Shown here one piece after another: positions 1 through 11,224 of a stretch of DNA of 64,000 nt. Source of the stretch: Phycisphaerae bacterium (GTDB lineage Bacteria; Planctomycetota; Phycisphaerae; UBA1845). Numbering within the stretch: position 1 is the stretch's first letter; each line of letters opens with the position of its first letter. The stretch is from NCBI GenBank assembly GCA_963666835.2, contig CAXXGO010000001.1, forward strand, positions 672,001 to 736,000, given 5' to 3'. The translations under genes were made by a program, and so were the position numbers. Under the pieces are notes generated by a model. The model was not told where the DNA came from, ran no database searches, and was given only the letters and a program-made list of their open reading frames with translations.

Positions 1-2654
1 CGTACTATAACTGCCCCCTGTCCCAGAAGGGGCTGGTGCGCGTAGTGGACGACTGCCACCACCTGTTGGGGCGGGCGGCGACGATCGATCTGCTCGATGA
101 CATCAAGGATCTCGGGTTCAAGTCCAGCACCCTGGCCGGCCTGTCGTTCGGGGCCACCGATATGCGGGTGCCGCGTGACAAGCGGCAGATCATTGATGCT
201 GCGCAGAAGTCAGTAGACCGGATCGAACGGGCTTTCAAAGAGGGGAGCCTCACCGGTCTGGAACGCTACAACCAGGTCATCGACGTGTGGATCCACGCCC
301 GCGAGTTGGTAACCGCGGCGATGATGAAGGAACTCAAGAACGACTATCGCGATGACCGAGGGGGGTACCGTTGGCCGGGGGATGAGGATGCCGCACCGTA
401 CCTCAATCCCATCTTCCTGATGACCGAGTCCGGAGCCCGCGGTAGCGTCGATCAAATCCGTCAGCTTGCCGGCATGCGTGCTTTGATGGCCAAGCCGTCC
501 GGGGAGATCATCGAGACGCCCATTAAGGCCAACTTCCGCGAAGGGCTGTCGGTGTTGGAGTATTTCAGTTCGACTCACGGAGCCCGGAAAGGCCTGGCCG
601 ATACCGCCCTGAAGACGGCGGATTCCGGTTACCTGACCCGCAAACTGGCGGACGTGGCTCAGAACGTGATCGTCAACAGTCTGGAATGCGGGACGATCAA
701 TGGGATTACGAAGGAGGCGACTTTCAAAGGCGAGGAAGTCGACATTCCGCTACGCGAGAGCATCATCGGGCGAGTCGCCCGTGACGGAATTCGCAATCCG
801 GTTACCGATCGGTTGATTGTGGCCGAGAACCAGATCATCACGCGCGAGATCGCCGCGCAGATCGAAGAACTCGGCTTGGACAAGATCCGAGTCCGCAGTC
901 CCCTGACGTGTGAGAGTCCCGTTGGTGTCTGTGCCCACTGCTATGGTATGGACATGTCCACCGGGCGGCTGGTTGAAGAGGGTATGGCGGTCGGGATTAT
1001 CGCGGCGCAGTCCATCGGCGAGCCCGGTACGCAGCTTACGATGCGGACGTTCCACACCGGCGGGGTTGCGCAGAAGGCGGCTATGGAAGACCGGCTCAAG
1101 GCTTCGCAAAGCGGTACGGTGCAATATCACGACCTGCAGGCCGTGGAAGTGCCCGGCGACGAGGGTGAGTCTCGGCTTGTCGTGCTGAAGCGTAACGGCG
1201 AGATCCTGATTGTCGACGACAAGGGGCGCGAACTCTCGCGCGACAAGGTGGTGTACGGAGCGGTTCTTCGGGTGGACAACGGGCAGACCGTGTCCCGGGG
1301 CGACGTTCTTTGTGAGTGGGATCCGCACCTCACGCCGATTCTGGCGGAGGTTGGTGGTTTCGTCCGGTTCCAGGATGTCGCCGAAGGCGAGACCGTCCGG
1401 CTCGAGCAGGAGGGCGGGAGCACCAAGTTCTTGGTTATCGAGCACAAGGGCGAGAAGCACCCGCAGATTGTGATCGAGGACAAGGAAGGGAACGTCCTCG
1501 ACTACCACTATCTGCCGGCGAAGGCCCGTATCGAGGTGTCTGAAGGGCAGGAGATCATCCCGGGTGTCGAGCTCGCGCGTCAGCCGCGTTCGGTCGGAGG
1601 TACGCAGGACATCACGGGTGGTTTGCCCCGGGTTACCGAGGTCTTTGAGGCTCGGCGACCGAAGGAGCCGGCCGTGATGGCCGAGATTTCCGGGAGCGTG
1701 GAGATTCGCGCCGACAAGCGGCGTGGGAAGATGACCATTGTCGTACGCAGCGACAGCGGGATGGAGAAGGAACACCACGTGCCACAAGACCGGCACCTTC
1801 TGGTTCACGCCGGAGACAATGTCGAAGCCGGCGATCCGTTGATCGAGGGACCGCTGATCCCCCACGATATTCTCCGGATCAAGGGCGAAGAGGCTTTGCA
1901 GGTGTACCTGTTGGGCGAAGTCCAAGCGGTCTATCGCAGCCAGAACGTCGGTATCAACGATAAGCACCTCGAGATAATAGTTTCGCAGATGCTGCGGAAG
2001 GTGAAGGTGGAGAACCCCGGAGATACCACGTTCCTGCCGGGTGAGATGGTGGATCGTTTCCGCTTCCGGGCGGAGAACGAGCGTCTTTCCGGGTGTGTGG
2101 TTATCAACAACGCCGGGGACAGCGAGTTCCAAGTCGGAGCGGTTGTGGATAAGTCCGATTTGGCCGCCGCCAACGAGGAGGTGGAGGAGAAAGGCGGCGA
2201 GCCTGCCAAGGGCAAGAAGCCGAAACCCGCCGCGGCGACCGCCACCTTGCTGGGGATTACGAAGGCGAGTCTCTCGAGCGAGTCGTTTATCTCGTCCGCC
2301 TCGTTCCAGGAGACCACCAAGGTGCTAACCGAGGCTGCTCTGGCCGGTATGGTCGATGAGTTGCAGGGTTTGAAGGAAAACGTCATACTGGGTCATTTGA
2401 TCCCGGCCGGCTCGGCGTTCCCCGGCTACCAGGGGTTGCGCGTCAAGCAGCTCGGCGAGCCGATTCGTCCTCCGGTCGAGACCGCCGAGACGTTGTTTGG
2501 AGTGGGGGCGGGTGTGCCGAGCTCCTCGCCGTTTGCCGAAGCGTTCATGGCGGGAGGGTCAGATGAGCCACTGGCCGTGCCAATGGCTACGGAAGATACG
2601 AGTACCCCACCGGCCGATGCCGGCATTGGGGAGACGGCCAACCAGGAAAGCTGA
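1..2654 (+). CDS. rpoC: RNA polymerase beta' subunit, 5'-truncated by the window edge
   Basis: Motifs [56 protein letters not shown] and GLKENV. The frame is open back to base 3. Confidence 0.98.
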   Translation, partial: YYNCPLSQKGLVRVVDDCHHLLGRAATIDLLDDIKDLGFKSSTLAGLSFGATDMRVPRDKRQIIDAAQKSVDRIERAFKEGSLTGLERYNQVIDVWIHARELVTAAMMKELKNDYRDDRGGYRWPGDEDAAPYLNPIFLMTESGARGSVDQIRQLAGMRALMAKPSGEIIETPIKANFREGLSVLEYFSSTHGARKGLADTALKTADSGYLTRKLADVAQNVIVNSLECGTINGITKEATFKGEEVDIPLRESIIGRVARDGIRNPVTDRLIVAENQIITREIAAQIEELGLDKIRVRSPLTCESPVGVCAHCYGMDMSTGRLVEEGMAVGIIAAQSIGEPGTQLTMRTFHTGGVAQKAAMEDRLKASQSGTVQYHDLQAVEVPGDEGESRLVVLKRNGEILIVDDKGRELSRDKVVYGAVLRVDNGQTVSRGDVLCEWDPHLTPILAEVGGFVRFQDVAEGETVRLEQEGGSTKFLVIEHKGEKHPQIVIEDKEGNVLDYHYLPAKARIEVSEGQEIIPGVELARQPRSVGGTQDITGGLPRVTEVFEARRPKEPAVMAEISGSVEIRADKRRGKMTIVVRSDSGMEKEHHVPQDRHLLVHAGDNVEAGDPLIEGPLIPHDILRIKGEEALQVYLLGEVQAVYRSQNVGINDKHLEIIVSQMLRKVKVENPGDTTFLPGEMVDRFRFRAENERLSGCVVINNAGDSEFQVGAVVDKSDLAAANEEVEEKGGEPAKGKKPKPAAATATLLGITKASLSSESFISSASFQETTKVLTEAALAGMVDELQGLKENVILGHLIPAGSAFPGYQGLRVKQLGEPIRPPVETAETLFGVGAGVPSSSPFAEAFMAGGSDEPLAVPMATEDTSTPPADAGIGETANQES

Positions 2655-2713
2655 TTTCTTGAACAATGGCCGGGTGCGGCTCTGTTGCCGCGAGCAGCGT
2701 GTAGAGGAAGCTG

Positions 2714-3103
2714 ATGCCAACGATAAACCAACTGGTACGCCAAGGGCGTAGGAAAGTCATTAAGAAGTCGAAGGTCCGCGATTTGGACCAGTGCCCGCAG
2801 CGGCGTGCCGTGTGCCTGCTGGTCAAGACGCAGACGCCGAAGAAGCCGAACTCGGCGCTGCGAAAGGTGGCTCGTGTGCGGCTAACAAACGGCAAGGAAG
2901 TGTCCGCCTATATTCCGGGCGTCGATCACAACCTCCAAGAGCACTCTATTGTACTCGTGCGCGGAGGGCGAGTTCGGGATCTGCCTGGGGTGCGGTACCA
3001 CATTGTCCGAGGGAGTCTGGATGCTTCGGGAGTAGAGGGCGACAAGGAGGGACGTCCGCGCAATCGCAGCCGAAGCAAGTACGGTGTGAAACGCCGCAAG
3101 TGA
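2714..3103 (+). CDS. rpsL: 30S ribosomal protein S12
   Basis: [33 protein letters not shown]. Confidence 0.98.
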   Translation: MPTINQLVRQGRRKVIKKSKVRDLDQCPQRRAVCLLVKTQTPKKPNSALRKVARVRLTNGKEVSAYIPGVDHNLQEHSIVLVRGGRVRDLPGVRYHIVRGSLDASGVEGDKEGRPRNRSRSKYGVKRRK

Positions 3104-3160
3104 TGCGTCCTGCGGGCTTTTGCGTGGTTAACCGGCTTAGGCCGCGTGACGAGTTCTGTT

Positions 3161-3748
3161 ATGGAGCAGCGTGAAATCAGTATTGCCTTGGCCGGTGGCA
3201 ACCGTGCGAGCGTCACCTATCCGGCTTGGTTGCGCAGTGTTGCGGGTGTGGTGGTAGCGTGCTTGGCAGTTGGCTTGGCCTCTCAGGTGCGCGTTCCCGT
3301 CCCGGGCACGGATGTTCCGTATACGCTTCAATCGCTTGCCGTTCTGCTGGTGGGTCTGACGCTTCGGCCCGGGCGAGCTGTGGCGGCGATGGGGCTCTAT
3401 CTGGGGGTTGGGCTGTGTGGTTTGCCGGTCTTCGCGGCCGGTTCGCTCGGCGTGTTAGGACCCACTGGTGGGTATTTGGTGGGGTTCGTCGGGGCGGCGG
3501 CGGTTGTGTCAGCGGTGAGCGGCACCGGCGAGGCGGGCCGGGCGCGGCTGGTGTTTGCCGGATTGGTCGGAATGCTGGTTGTGTTCGGAGCCGGCGTGGG
3601 CTGGCGGGTGGTCTGGTTCGGCGGCGACTTGGGCGTCGCTTTGGTTACCGGACTGGTCCCGTTTGTGGTCAAGGCGGTTCTTGAGGTTGTGTTGGCGGCA
3701 TCGGCGGTTGCGATGTTCCGGGATTTTCGTCGGGCTCGGCCGTTGTGA
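3161..3748 (+). CDS. bioY: Biotin transporter BioY (ECF S-component)
   Basis: Hydrophobic multi-TM protein with VPYTLQSLAVLL, YLGVGLCGLPVFA and GPTGGYLVGF motifs typical of BioY. ATG 3161 preferred over GTG 3146. Confidence 0.9.
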   Translation: MEQREISIALAGGNRASVTYPAWLRSVAGVVVACLAVGLASQVRVPVPGTDVPYTLQSLAVLLVGLTLRPGRAVAAMGLYLGVGLCGLPVFAAGSLGVLGPTGGYLVGFVGAAAVVSAVSGTGEAGRARLVFAGLVGMLVVFGAGVGWRVVWFGGDLGVALVTGLVPFVVKAVLEVVLAASAVAMFRDFRRARPL

Positions 3749-3829
3749 GTTGTCGCGGTTCGGTTAGAATGACTGTTCTCGCCCCATGAAGGGCGTAGTT
3801 GGCCAAGCGATAGAGAAAGACGGCGAAGA

Positions 3830-4306
3830 ATGGGATACAAGAAGTGGACGCAGTCGGCGGCGCAGCTCAAGCCGGACACGCGCTACAACAGTCTAGTGGT
3901 TTCGAAGTTCATCAATTGCATGATGCTTGACGGCAAGAAGAGCACTGCGTCGCGGATGTTCTACGATGCTATGGATATCATCGCAAAACGCGTGAAGGAT
4001 GTGCCGCCTATCGAGGTTTTTGAGCAGGCCGTCAATAACGCCAAGCCGGGCGTTGAGGTCCGTTCCAAGCGCGTCGGCGGTAGCAACTACCAAGTGCCGA
4101 TGCCGGTGAACCGGAAGAGGCAGCAAGCGCTGGCGTTCCGTTGGCTTCGAGATGCCTCGCGCAACCGCAAGGGGCGTCCGACGTGTGAATCGCTCGCCAA
4201 AGAGGTTATGGACGCATACAAAAACGAGGGCACGGCCGTTACCACTCGTGAGAACGTCCACCGAATGGCAGAGGCGAACAAGGCATTTGCCCACTTCGCG
4301 TGGTAG
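3830..4306 (+). CDS. rpsG: 30S ribosomal protein S7
   Basis: [41 protein letters not shown]. Confidence 0.98.
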   Translation: MGYKKWTQSAAQLKPDTRYNSLVVSKFINCMMLDGKKSTASRMFYDAMDIIAKRVKDVPPIEVFEQAVNNAKPGVEVRSKRVGGSNYQVPMPVNRKRQQALAFRWLRDASRNRKGRPTCESLAKEVMDAYKNEGTAVTTRENVHRMAEANKAFAHFAW

Positions 4307-4331
4307 GTCAGCGTTCGTTGGTTCAATACAC

Positions 4332-4362
4332 GAGCTCACCCCGGTCGGGTGGGCTCTTTTTT
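4332..4362 (+). terminator. Intrinsic terminator between rpsG and fusA
   Basis: GAGCTCACCC-cggtc-GGGTGGGCTC stem (one T.G pair) followed by TTTTTT. Confidence 0.75.
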
Positions 4363-4429
4363 GTAGGGGCGGCGTACGGTCGATGCCGCGACTGGGGGCG
4401 ATCCGAGCGGGTGTCGGCAGGCGGGGGCT

Positions 4430-6502
4430 ATGATGGGTCTTGATCTAACCACAGTCCGCAATATAGGGATAGCCGCCCATATCGACGCCGGTAAGACCAC
4501 GACCACCGAGCGCGTCCTGTTTTACACGGGCCGTACCCACCGCATGGGGGACGTTGACGACGGGACCACGATCACTGACTTCGATGAGCAGGAGCAGCAA
4601 CGTGGTATCACGATCTACTCTGCGGCCGTCAGTTGTCCTTGGCGCGGCCACACCATCAACCTGATCGATACTCCCGGGCATGTGGATTTCACGGCGGAGG
4701 TTGAGCGCGCCTTGCGTGTGTTGGACGGGATGGTTGCGGTTTTCGATGCCAAGGAGGGCGTGGAGGCGCAGTCGGAGACGGTCTGGCGGCAGGCGGACAA
4801 GTATGAGATTCCCCGCATCTGCTTCATCAACAAGATGGACCGGGTGGGCGCCGACTTTTTCGCCAGCGTGGCGTCGATTAGGGAGCGGCTCGGCGCGAAC
4901 CCCCTCGTTCTGCAAGTGCCTATCGGGGCCAGCGACACCTTCGTTGGGGCAGTCGACCTGATCGAGATGCGGGCGGTGTATTACCCGATGGAGGACCGCG
5001 GCGCGACCCTGCGAACGGCCGACATCCCCGAAGAGCTGGTTGCCACGGCCGAGGAGTACCGAAACCGCCTCGTTGAAGCTGTTGCCGAGCACAACGAACG
5101 CTTGATGGAGAAGTACCTGCAAGATCAACCCGCCGATCCGGTGGAGATTCGCCAAGCCATCCGCGCCGCTACACTGAAGCGAGAGGTGATTCCGGTGCTG
5201 TGTGGTACTGCATTACGTTATAAGGGGGTCCAGCCGCTGCTCGATGCCGTATGCGACTTCCTCCCGAGCCCGTTGGACGTGCCCCCGGTCACTGCCCACG
5301 ACGCCAAACACCCCGACCGCGAGCTGGAGTTGCATTGCGATCCCTCGGCGAACTTGGCGGCCTTGGTCTTCAAGGTTGTGGCAGAGAAGCCCGTGGATCT
5401 CTATTACCTTCGCGTATATTCCGGGACGTTGAAGCGGAATAGTCGGCTGCTCAACTCCGCATCCGGCGAGAAGGAGAACGTGACCAGGATCATCCGTATG
5501 TTCGCCAAACGTCGGGACGTGCTCGACGAGGCCACCGCAGGTGATATCGTGGCCGTGGTCGGCCCGAAGAGCACCCTGACCGGGCATACGTTGTGCGATC
5601 AACGCAATCCGGTGATCTTAGAGGCGATCAAGTTCCCGGAGACGGTAATCAGTGTATCGGTGGAAGCCAGATCCTCGAGAGATCGCGATAAGCTCTTGGA
5701 GGCGCTCGAAGCTCTCGGGCGGCAGGACCCGACGATCGCCGTCAAGGTGGACGCGGAGACCGGGCAGACTTTGATCTCGGGGATGGGGGAGCTGCACCTC
5801 GAGGTGATGGTGCAGCGGATGCGCTCGGAATCGAACTTGGATGTGGCGGTAGGCAAGCCGCGGGTTTCATATCGGGAGGCGGTTTCCGAGGTTGGTGAGG
5901 GGACCGGGACCTTCTCTCGAAACATCGGTGGTAAGGACCATTTCGCGAGCGTGCGGTTACGGCTGCAGCCGCGCGAGCGAGTTACCGGGGCGGTCAATTT
6001 CGAGATCGTCAGCGAGGTTTCCGAGGAGGAGCTACTTCCGGAGCACTTGGCGGCCGTGGAAGCGGGCATTACCGAGGCCGCCCAAAGTGGCATCCTCGGC
6101 GGATACCGTGTGATCGACTGGAAGGCCACGATTATCGGCGTCGAGCAGCGTGACCGTGAGAGCACGGAGCTGGCGTTCGAGAACGCGGGGCGGATGGCGT
6201 TCTATGCGGCGATGGAGGCTGGTTCCGCGGTGCTCCTTCAGCCGATTATGGCCGTTGAGGCTGTAACTTCGGACGAGTATTTCGGTGCGATAATGAGCGA
6301 TCTGAGCGCGAGGAACGCGGAGATTCGGGATACTATCGTCCGAGGGTCTGATAGGGTGATCCTGGCGGACGTGCCGCTGTCGCAGATGTTCGGATACGTG
6401 ACCAAGCTGCGCAGTTTGTCACAGGGCCGAGCGACGTCATCTATGACTCCCTCTCACTACGCTCCGATGTCCCCTCAGGAGATGAAGAGCCTCGTGGGGT
6501 AG
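4430..6502 (+). CDS. fusA: Elongation factor G, divergent (EF-G2/recycling-like) form
   Basis: [22 protein letters not shown] and NKMD GTPase motifs, GMGELHLE, full five-domain length. Domain IV loops are non-canonical. Confidence 0.93.
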   Translation: MMGLDLTTVRNIGIAAHIDAGKTTTTERVLFYTGRTHRMGDVDDGTTITDFDEQEQQRGITIYSAAVSCPWRGHTINLIDTPGHVDFTAEVERALRVLDGMVAVFDAKEGVEAQSETVWRQADKYEIPRICFINKMDRVGADFFASVASIRERLGANPLVLQVPIGASDTFVGAVDLIEMRAVYYPMEDRGATLRTADIPEELVATAEEYRNRLVEAVAEHNERLMEKYLQDQPADPVEIRQAIRAATLKREVIPVLCGTALRYKGVQPLLDAVCDFLPSPLDVPPVTAHDAKHPDRELELHCDPSANLAALVFKVVAEKPVDLYYLRVYSGTLKRNSRLLNSASGEKENVTRIIRMFAKRRDVLDEATAGDIVAVVGPKSTLTGHTLCDQRNPVILEAIKFPETVISVSVEARSSRDRDKLLEALEALGRQDPTIAVKVDAETGQTLISGMGELHLEVMVQRMRSESNLDVAVGKPRVSYREAVSEVGEGTGTFSRNIGGKDHFASVRLRLQPRERVTGAVNFEIVSEVSEEELLPEHLAAVEAGITEAAQSGILGGYRVIDWKATIIGVEQRDRESTELAFENAGRMAFYAAMEAGSAVLLQPIMAVEAVTSDEYFGAIMSDLSARNAEIRDTIVRGSDRVILADVPLSQMFGYVTKLRSLSQGRATSSMTPSHYAPMSPQEMKSLVG

Positions 6503-6562
6503 CGTTATATCGGCGATCGCCGGAACCGATCGCCATGCCGGAATATTGTTGAAGATTCGTAG

Positions 6563-6590
6563 TTGACAGCATTGCGGGATGGCCTATGCT
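6563..6590 (+). promoter_or_regulatory. Putative sigma70 promoter of the S10 cluster
   Basis: TTGACA (6563-6568), 16-bp spacer, TATGCT (6585-6590), about 65 nt upstream of rpsJ. Confidence 0.6.
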
Positions 6591-6654
6591 ATCCGGTCTG
6601 CCGCGATTTGGGACGCGGTGACGAAGGATGTTCGGTGATAAGGGTTTACTATAA

Positions 6655-6966
6655 GTGAGCGCTAAGAACAGGATTAGAATACGGATGGAGGCCTACGATG
6701 CCCGGTCGCTGGACGCGTCGGCGCGGGAGATCGTTGAACAGGCCAAGCGCACGAGTGCGCGGGTCCATGGACCGATTCCGTTGCCAACTCGTGTCGAGCG
6801 CTATACGGTTCTTCGTGGCCCCCACATCGACAAGAAGTCGCGCGAGCAGTTCGAAATGCGCACGCATAAGCGCATTATCGACATCAGCGAACCCACGGCA
6901 CGGACGGTTGAGGCGATCAATCGGATTCAGGTGCCCGCAGGTGTTTTTGTTAAGATCAAGACCTGA
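6655..6966 (+). CDS. rpsJ: 30S ribosomal protein S10
   Basis: [28 protein letters not shown] start. Confidence 0.98.
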   Translation: MSAKNRIRIRMEAYDARSLDASAREIVEQAKRTSARVHGPIPLPTRVERYTVLRGPHIDKKSREQFEMRTHKRIIDISEPTARTVEAINRIQVPAGVFVKIKT

Positions 6967-7101
6967 GCGGGGCTGATGACAGGCCGTTGACAGCGGCGCT
7001 CCTTGCGTTGGGTTCTTGCTTGTTTTGTTTATTAGCCGCCGTGCTGCCGTTTTCGCACGGGTAATTAGATCAGCCGACTCGCTCGGTGTTTTTGGGGCGA
7101 G

Positions 7102-7767
7102 ATGGGATTTTCCCCTATGAAGCCGGCTTTATTGGGAAGAAAAGTAGGGATGACTCGCGTGGTGGGCGATCACGGTGCGGTTGAAGCCGTTACGGTGGTC
7201 AAAGCCGGACCGTGTGTTGTCACCCAGGTTAAGAGCGAGGACTCGGACGGCTACCACGCTGTGCAGCTCGGGTTTGAGGACGCTCGGCCGCACCGTTCGA
7301 CAATGCCTTTGATTGGTCACGCCGCCGCGGCGAAGACCGGTCCGAAGCGCGCCTCGCGCGAGATTCGTCTGTCGGAGGCGGCCGATGCTTCGCTCGGCGA
7401 TGTGCTGACCGTATCGCAGTTTGCGGAGGGCGACGTTCGGTACGTGGATGTCGTCGGCACTACCAAGGGCAAGGGTTTCGCCGGGGTGATGAAGCGGCAC
7501 GGGTTCGGTGGCAAGGAAGCTTCCCACGGTGTGGAGCGTAAGCACCGGTCGGCCGGTGGAATCGGCGGAAGCGCCAATGCCGGCTTGGGGCGCGGCGTGA
7601 AGAAGGGCAAGCGGATGGCCGGCCAGATGGGTGACGTTCGGTGTACGATGAGCGCCCTTAGGCTGGTTGGCGTTGATACCGACAATGATTTGTTGATCAT
7701 TTCGGGGAGTGTCCCCGGTCCCGTCGGTGGTTTGGTGATGGTTCAGCAATCGAAGAAGAAGGGCTAA
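7102..7767 (+). CDS. rplC: 50S ribosomal protein L3
   Basis: LLGRKVGMT, KGKGFAGVMKRHGF, KGKRMAGQMG; alternative start ATG 7117. Confidence 0.97.
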   Translation: MGFSPMKPALLGRKVGMTRVVGDHGAVEAVTVVKAGPCVVTQVKSEDSDGYHAVQLGFEDARPHRSTMPLIGHAAAAKTGPKRASREIRLSEAADASLGDVLTVSQFAEGDVRYVDVVGTTKGKGFAGVMKRHGFGGKEASHGVERKHRSAGGIGGSANAGLGRGVKKGKRMAGQMGDVRCTMSALRLVGVDTDNDLLIISGSVPGPVGGLVMVQQSKKKG

Positions 7768-7770
7768 CCA

Positions 7771-8421
7771 GTGATGTTGGCGGTTCCGCTTTTCAACATG
7801 CAGGGCGAGCGACTCGGCGAAGTCGAGGTTGATCCCGCCGTCTTTGGTGGTGAGGTGCGGGTCGACTTGCTCAAGCAGGCGGTTGTTGCTCACCGAGCCC
7901 ACGCTCGGCAGTGGAGTGCTCGGACGAAAGGCCGGAAGCACATTGCGGGATCGACCCGGAAACTCTACCGCCAGAAGGGCACGGGCAACGCCCGGGTCGG
8001 GAACATTCGCACTCCGGTCCGCCGCGGTGGTGGGCGGACGTTTGCGAAGCGGTGTGCCGGCTCAGAGGTGGTGTTCCCGAAGAAGATGCGTCGGGCGGCG
8101 CGGTGCAGTGCGGTTCTGGCGAAGATCCAAGCCGAAAACGTGCTGCTGTTGGACGAGTTGAAGTGTACCGAGCCGAAGACGAAGGTTCTGGCGTCGATGT
8201 TCTCGGCACTGGGCATCGATCGCGGTTGCCTGTTGGCAATGGACGGGCAGGACGCGAACGTCTATCGCTCCGGGCGTAACATTCCGAATACCGATATTCG
8301 GGTCGTGGATGATCTGAACGCGTATGAGGTTCTTCGCCGTCCGAAGGTGGTGTTTACGAAGGCGGCGTTTGACCGTCTGGTTAACGACCCGATTAGGTTG
8401 CAGAGGCCGGCGGCTCAGTAG
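7771..8421 (+). CDS. rplD: 50S ribosomal protein L4
   Basis: RKLYRQKGTGNARVG, RGGG; position after rplC. Confidence 0.96.
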   Translation: MMLAVPLFNMQGERLGEVEVDPAVFGGEVRVDLLKQAVVAHRAHARQWSARTKGRKHIAGSTRKLYRQKGTGNARVGNIRTPVRRGGGRTFAKRCAGSEVVFPKKMRRAARCSAVLAKIQAENVLLLDELKCTEPKTKVLASMFSALGIDRGCLLAMDGQDANVYRSGRNIPNTDIRVVDDLNAYEVLRRPKVVFTKAAFDRLVNDPIRLQRPAAQ

Positions 8422-8442
8422 TAGGGCTGTGGGGCAAGGTTC

Positions 8443-8754
8443 ATGGATATTTACCACGTAGTTAAGCGCCCGCTGGTGACCGAGAAGGGTACGCACCAGT
8501 CGCAGGAATCGCATGAAGCGACGAGAAGTCGGCAGGCGCGCGGTGGGGCCTACGCCTTCGAGGTGCACCGTAAGGCGTCTAAGGCGATGATCAGGCAGGC
8601 GGTTGAGAAGATCTACAATGTCAAGGTCTTGTCGGTTCGGACGTCGAACCGAAAGGGTAAGTTCCGCCGCGTGAGATATAAGATGGGGCGCACCCCGGAT
8701 TGGAAGAAGGCGGTTGTGGTTTTGCACGCCGACTACCACATTGACCTGTTCTAG
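8443..8754 (+). CDS. rplW: 50S ribosomal protein L23
   Basis: PLVTEK, AVEKIYNVKV, WKKAVV. Confidence 0.96.
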   Translation: MDIYHVVKRPLVTEKGTHQSQESHEATRSRQARGGAYAFEVHRKASKAMIRQAVEKIYNVKVLSVRTSNRKGKFRRVRYKMGRTPDWKKAVVVLHADYHIDLF

Positions 8755-8815
8755 GAGAGCAGGTTGCAGGTGGGTCGCGAGCGTGGGCGGTTGAGTAGTC
8801 GCGGGGCTAGTTTCG

Positions 8816-9682
8816 ATGGGTGTCAGGAAATACAAGCCAACGTCACCGGGGCGGCGGGTATCCACCGTTAACGACTTTGCGGAGCTTACCGACAAGAGTA
8901 AGCGTCCGGAGAAGTCATTGTGCGAGCGCCTGGTTCGCCGCGGTGGGCGAAACCATCACGGGAAGATCACGGCGCGACACCGCGGCGGAGGGGCTCGGCG
9001 GATTTACCGGCGGATCGACTTCAAGCGGAATAAGGACGGATCGGTCGGGACCGTGACGGCGGTTGAGTACGATCCGAACAGGTCCTGCCATATTGCTTTG
9101 GTTCAGTACGACGATGGGGAGAAGCGCTACATGCTCGCCCCGGTCGGGCTGACGGCCGGTGATGTGGTCGAGTGTGGGGAACGCGTCGAGCCGAAGGTGG
9201 GCAACGCGATGCCGCTTCGCAACATCCCGCCGGGGATGGATGTGCACAACATCGAGATGAATGTCGGGCAGGGCGGCAAGCTGGTCAGAGCGGCCGGCGC
9301 TTCGGCCCGGTTGTTGTCGCGCAGCGGCGATTGGGCGATTGTGGTCCTGCCGTCGGGTGAGATGCGCGAGGTTCGGTCGGAATGTCGGGCGACGATCGGT
9401 CAGGTGGGCAACATCGACCACCAGAATCTTAGGTGGGGCAAGGCCGGCCGAATGCGGCACCGCGGGCGGCGTCCGCGAGTGCGTGGAACGGCGAAGAACC
9501 CGGTAGCACACCCGCTGGGCGGCGGTGAGGGGCGCAGCGGAGGCGGGCGGCATCCGTGCAGTCCGTCGGGACGGCTTGCCAAGGGGGGCCGCACGCGAGC
9601 TCCCAACAAGGTGTCGAACCGGCGAATCCTGAGGCGGCGGAAGAGCAGGCGCTACGGCACCCTGCCCCGGCCGAAGAAGTAG
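8816..9682 (+). CDS. rplB: 50S ribosomal protein L2
   Basis: [36 protein letters not shown]. Confidence 0.98.
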   Translation: MGVRKYKPTSPGRRVSTVNDFAELTDKSKRPEKSLCERLVRRGGRNHHGKITARHRGGGARRIYRRIDFKRNKDGSVGTVTAVEYDPNRSCHIALVQYDDGEKRYMLAPVGLTAGDVVECGERVEPKVGNAMPLRNIPPGMDVHNIEMNVGQGGKLVRAAGASARLLSRSGDWAIVVLPSGEMREVRSECRATIGQVGNIDHQNLRWGKAGRMRHRGRRPRVRGTAKNPVAHPLGGGEGRSGGGRHPCSPSGRLAKGGRTRAPNKVSNRRILRRRKSRRYGTLPRPKK

Positions 9683-9774
9683 ATAACGATGGTATGGCCG
9701 TACGCGATGCGAGGCATCGGACGGCGGCCAACGCGGACCGGGACTGGGTCGGCGTAACGCAGCGAGGCTTCGAG

Positions 9775-10047
9775 ATGGCGCGATCCCAGAAGAAGGGGCC
9801 GTTCGTTGATGAGAAGCTCTTCACGAAGGTGATGAAGCTTAAGAGCACCGGTGCGAGTACGGTTTTGCGTACTTGGGCGCGGCGTTGCACTATCGTCCCC
9901 GAGTTTGTGGGGCAACGATTCGAGGTTCATAACGGTAAGGTGTTCCATGCCGTGTACGTTACGGAAGACATGGTCGGGCATAAGTTGGGCGAATTCAGCC
10001 CGACCCGGACATTCCGTGGGCACGGCGGGGGCAAGAGGAAGAAATAG
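9775..10047 (+). CDS. rpsS: 30S ribosomal protein S19
   Basis: [25 protein letters not shown]; start ATG 9775 lies inside the longer tracked ORF. Confidence 0.97.
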   Translation: MARSQKKGPFVDEKLFTKVMKLKSTGASTVLRTWARRCTIVPEFVGQRFEVHNGKVFHAVYVTEDMVGHKLGEFSPTRTFRGHGGGKRKK

Positions 10048-10100
10048 CTTTGCGTGGGGTCGGCCGGTTTAGCGGGCAGGCCAAGCAGGTGCAGTCGGCG

Positions 10101-10442
10101 ATGGACAACCAACGAATTTGGACGGCAAAACATCGGTTCGCTCGAATTGCGCCGCGCAAGGCGCGTCTTGTGATTGGTTTGATTCGCGGGCAGTCGTGCA
10201 GTTATGCGTTGGAGCAGTTGCGATTCAACAATCGCCGGGGCTCTAAGCTTGTCTCGGACGTGTTGAAGTCGGCGATGGTCAACGCGGACGAGCAGGAAGC
10301 GGATATGGCGAGGCTGGTGGTTCGTGAGGCGCGGGTGGACGGGGGACCGTACTACCGAAGGTGGCGTCCGAAGGATCGTGGTCGAGTTCATCCGATTGCG
10401 AAGAAGACGAGCCATATTGTGATTACGGTAGCGGAAGGCTAA
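10101..10442 (+). CDS. rplV: 50S ribosomal protein L22
   Basis: RIAPRKARLV, SAMVNA, KKTSHIVI; start ATG 10101. Confidence 0.96.
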   Translation: MDNQRIWTAKHRFARIAPRKARLVIGLIRGQSCSYALEQLRFNNRRGSKLVSDVLKSAMVNADEQEADMARLVVREARVDGGPYYRRWRPKDRGRVHPIAKKTSHIVITVAEG

Positions 10443-10475
10443 ACGGCGCCCCGACAGAAGGGGCAGGAGTTCAGC

Positions 10476-11180
10476 GTGGGACAGAAAGTCCATCCGATTG
10501 GGTTTCGCGTAGGGGTCACCGAAGGGTGGCGTTCGCGCTGGTTCGCGCCGAAGGCGGCCTTCGCCGAGTTTCTGGTCGAGGATCAGAAGATCCGCGAGTT
10601 TGTCGATCGGCGTTTGAACCGTCAGCCGCCGTACGCGGCCGTGGCGAAAGTGGAAATCGAGCGCACTCGCGATGATGTCCGGGTGATGCTGCACACGGGT
10701 CGTCCGGGCTTGGTGATCGGCCCGAAGGGGGCCGAGGTCGACAAGCTGAAGGAGGCGGTCGAGGACTACATCGATCGCAAGGTCAGCATCAACATTGTTG
10801 AGATCAAGGTTCCGGACGGGAACGCCAAGCTTATTGCCGAGTCGGTTTCGGAGCAGCTCAAGAAGCGCGCCGGGTTCCGGCGGGTGATGAAGATGCGGGC
10901 GGATTCGGCGATGGCGGCGGGAGCTAAGGGCGTCAAGATCATGTGCAAAGGTCGCCTGGGCGGTGCGGAAATGGCCCGGAGCGAGACGCAGCTTCGCGGG
11001 TCGGTGCCGTTGCACACTTTGCAGGCCCACGTGGATTACGGAGTGGCTACCTGTCGCACGACGTATGGGACGATCGGAATCAAGGTGTGGCTCAACCTCG
11101 GGCGTTACGGGGAAGAGGCGACCCTGGCTGATGTTCCGCGATTCGGCGGACGAGATCGGCGGCGGGGCAAGCGCGGTTAA
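10476..11180 (+). CDS. rpsC: 30S ribosomal protein S3
   Basis: GQKVHPIGFRVG, RPGLVIGPKG, GRLGGAEMARSE. Confidence 0.98.
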   Translation: MGQKVHPIGFRVGVTEGWRSRWFAPKAAFAEFLVEDQKIREFVDRRLNRQPPYAAVAKVEIERTRDDVRVMLHTGRPGLVIGPKGAEVDKLKEAVEDYIDRKVSINIVEIKVPDGNAKLIAESVSEQLKKRAGFRRVMKMRADSAMAAGAKGVKIMCKGRLGGAEMARSETQLRGSVPLHTLQAHVDYGVATCRTTYGTIGIKVWLNLGRYGEEATLADVPRFGGRDRRRGKRG

Positions 11181-11224
11181 GTTAGCGGAGCCCCGGATTT
11201 CGGGATCCGGGAGTTGGATGCATT

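Noticed and set aside
6987..6992. TTGACA between rpsJ and rplC as an internal promoter
   Set aside because: There is no plausible -10 element at 16-18 bp.
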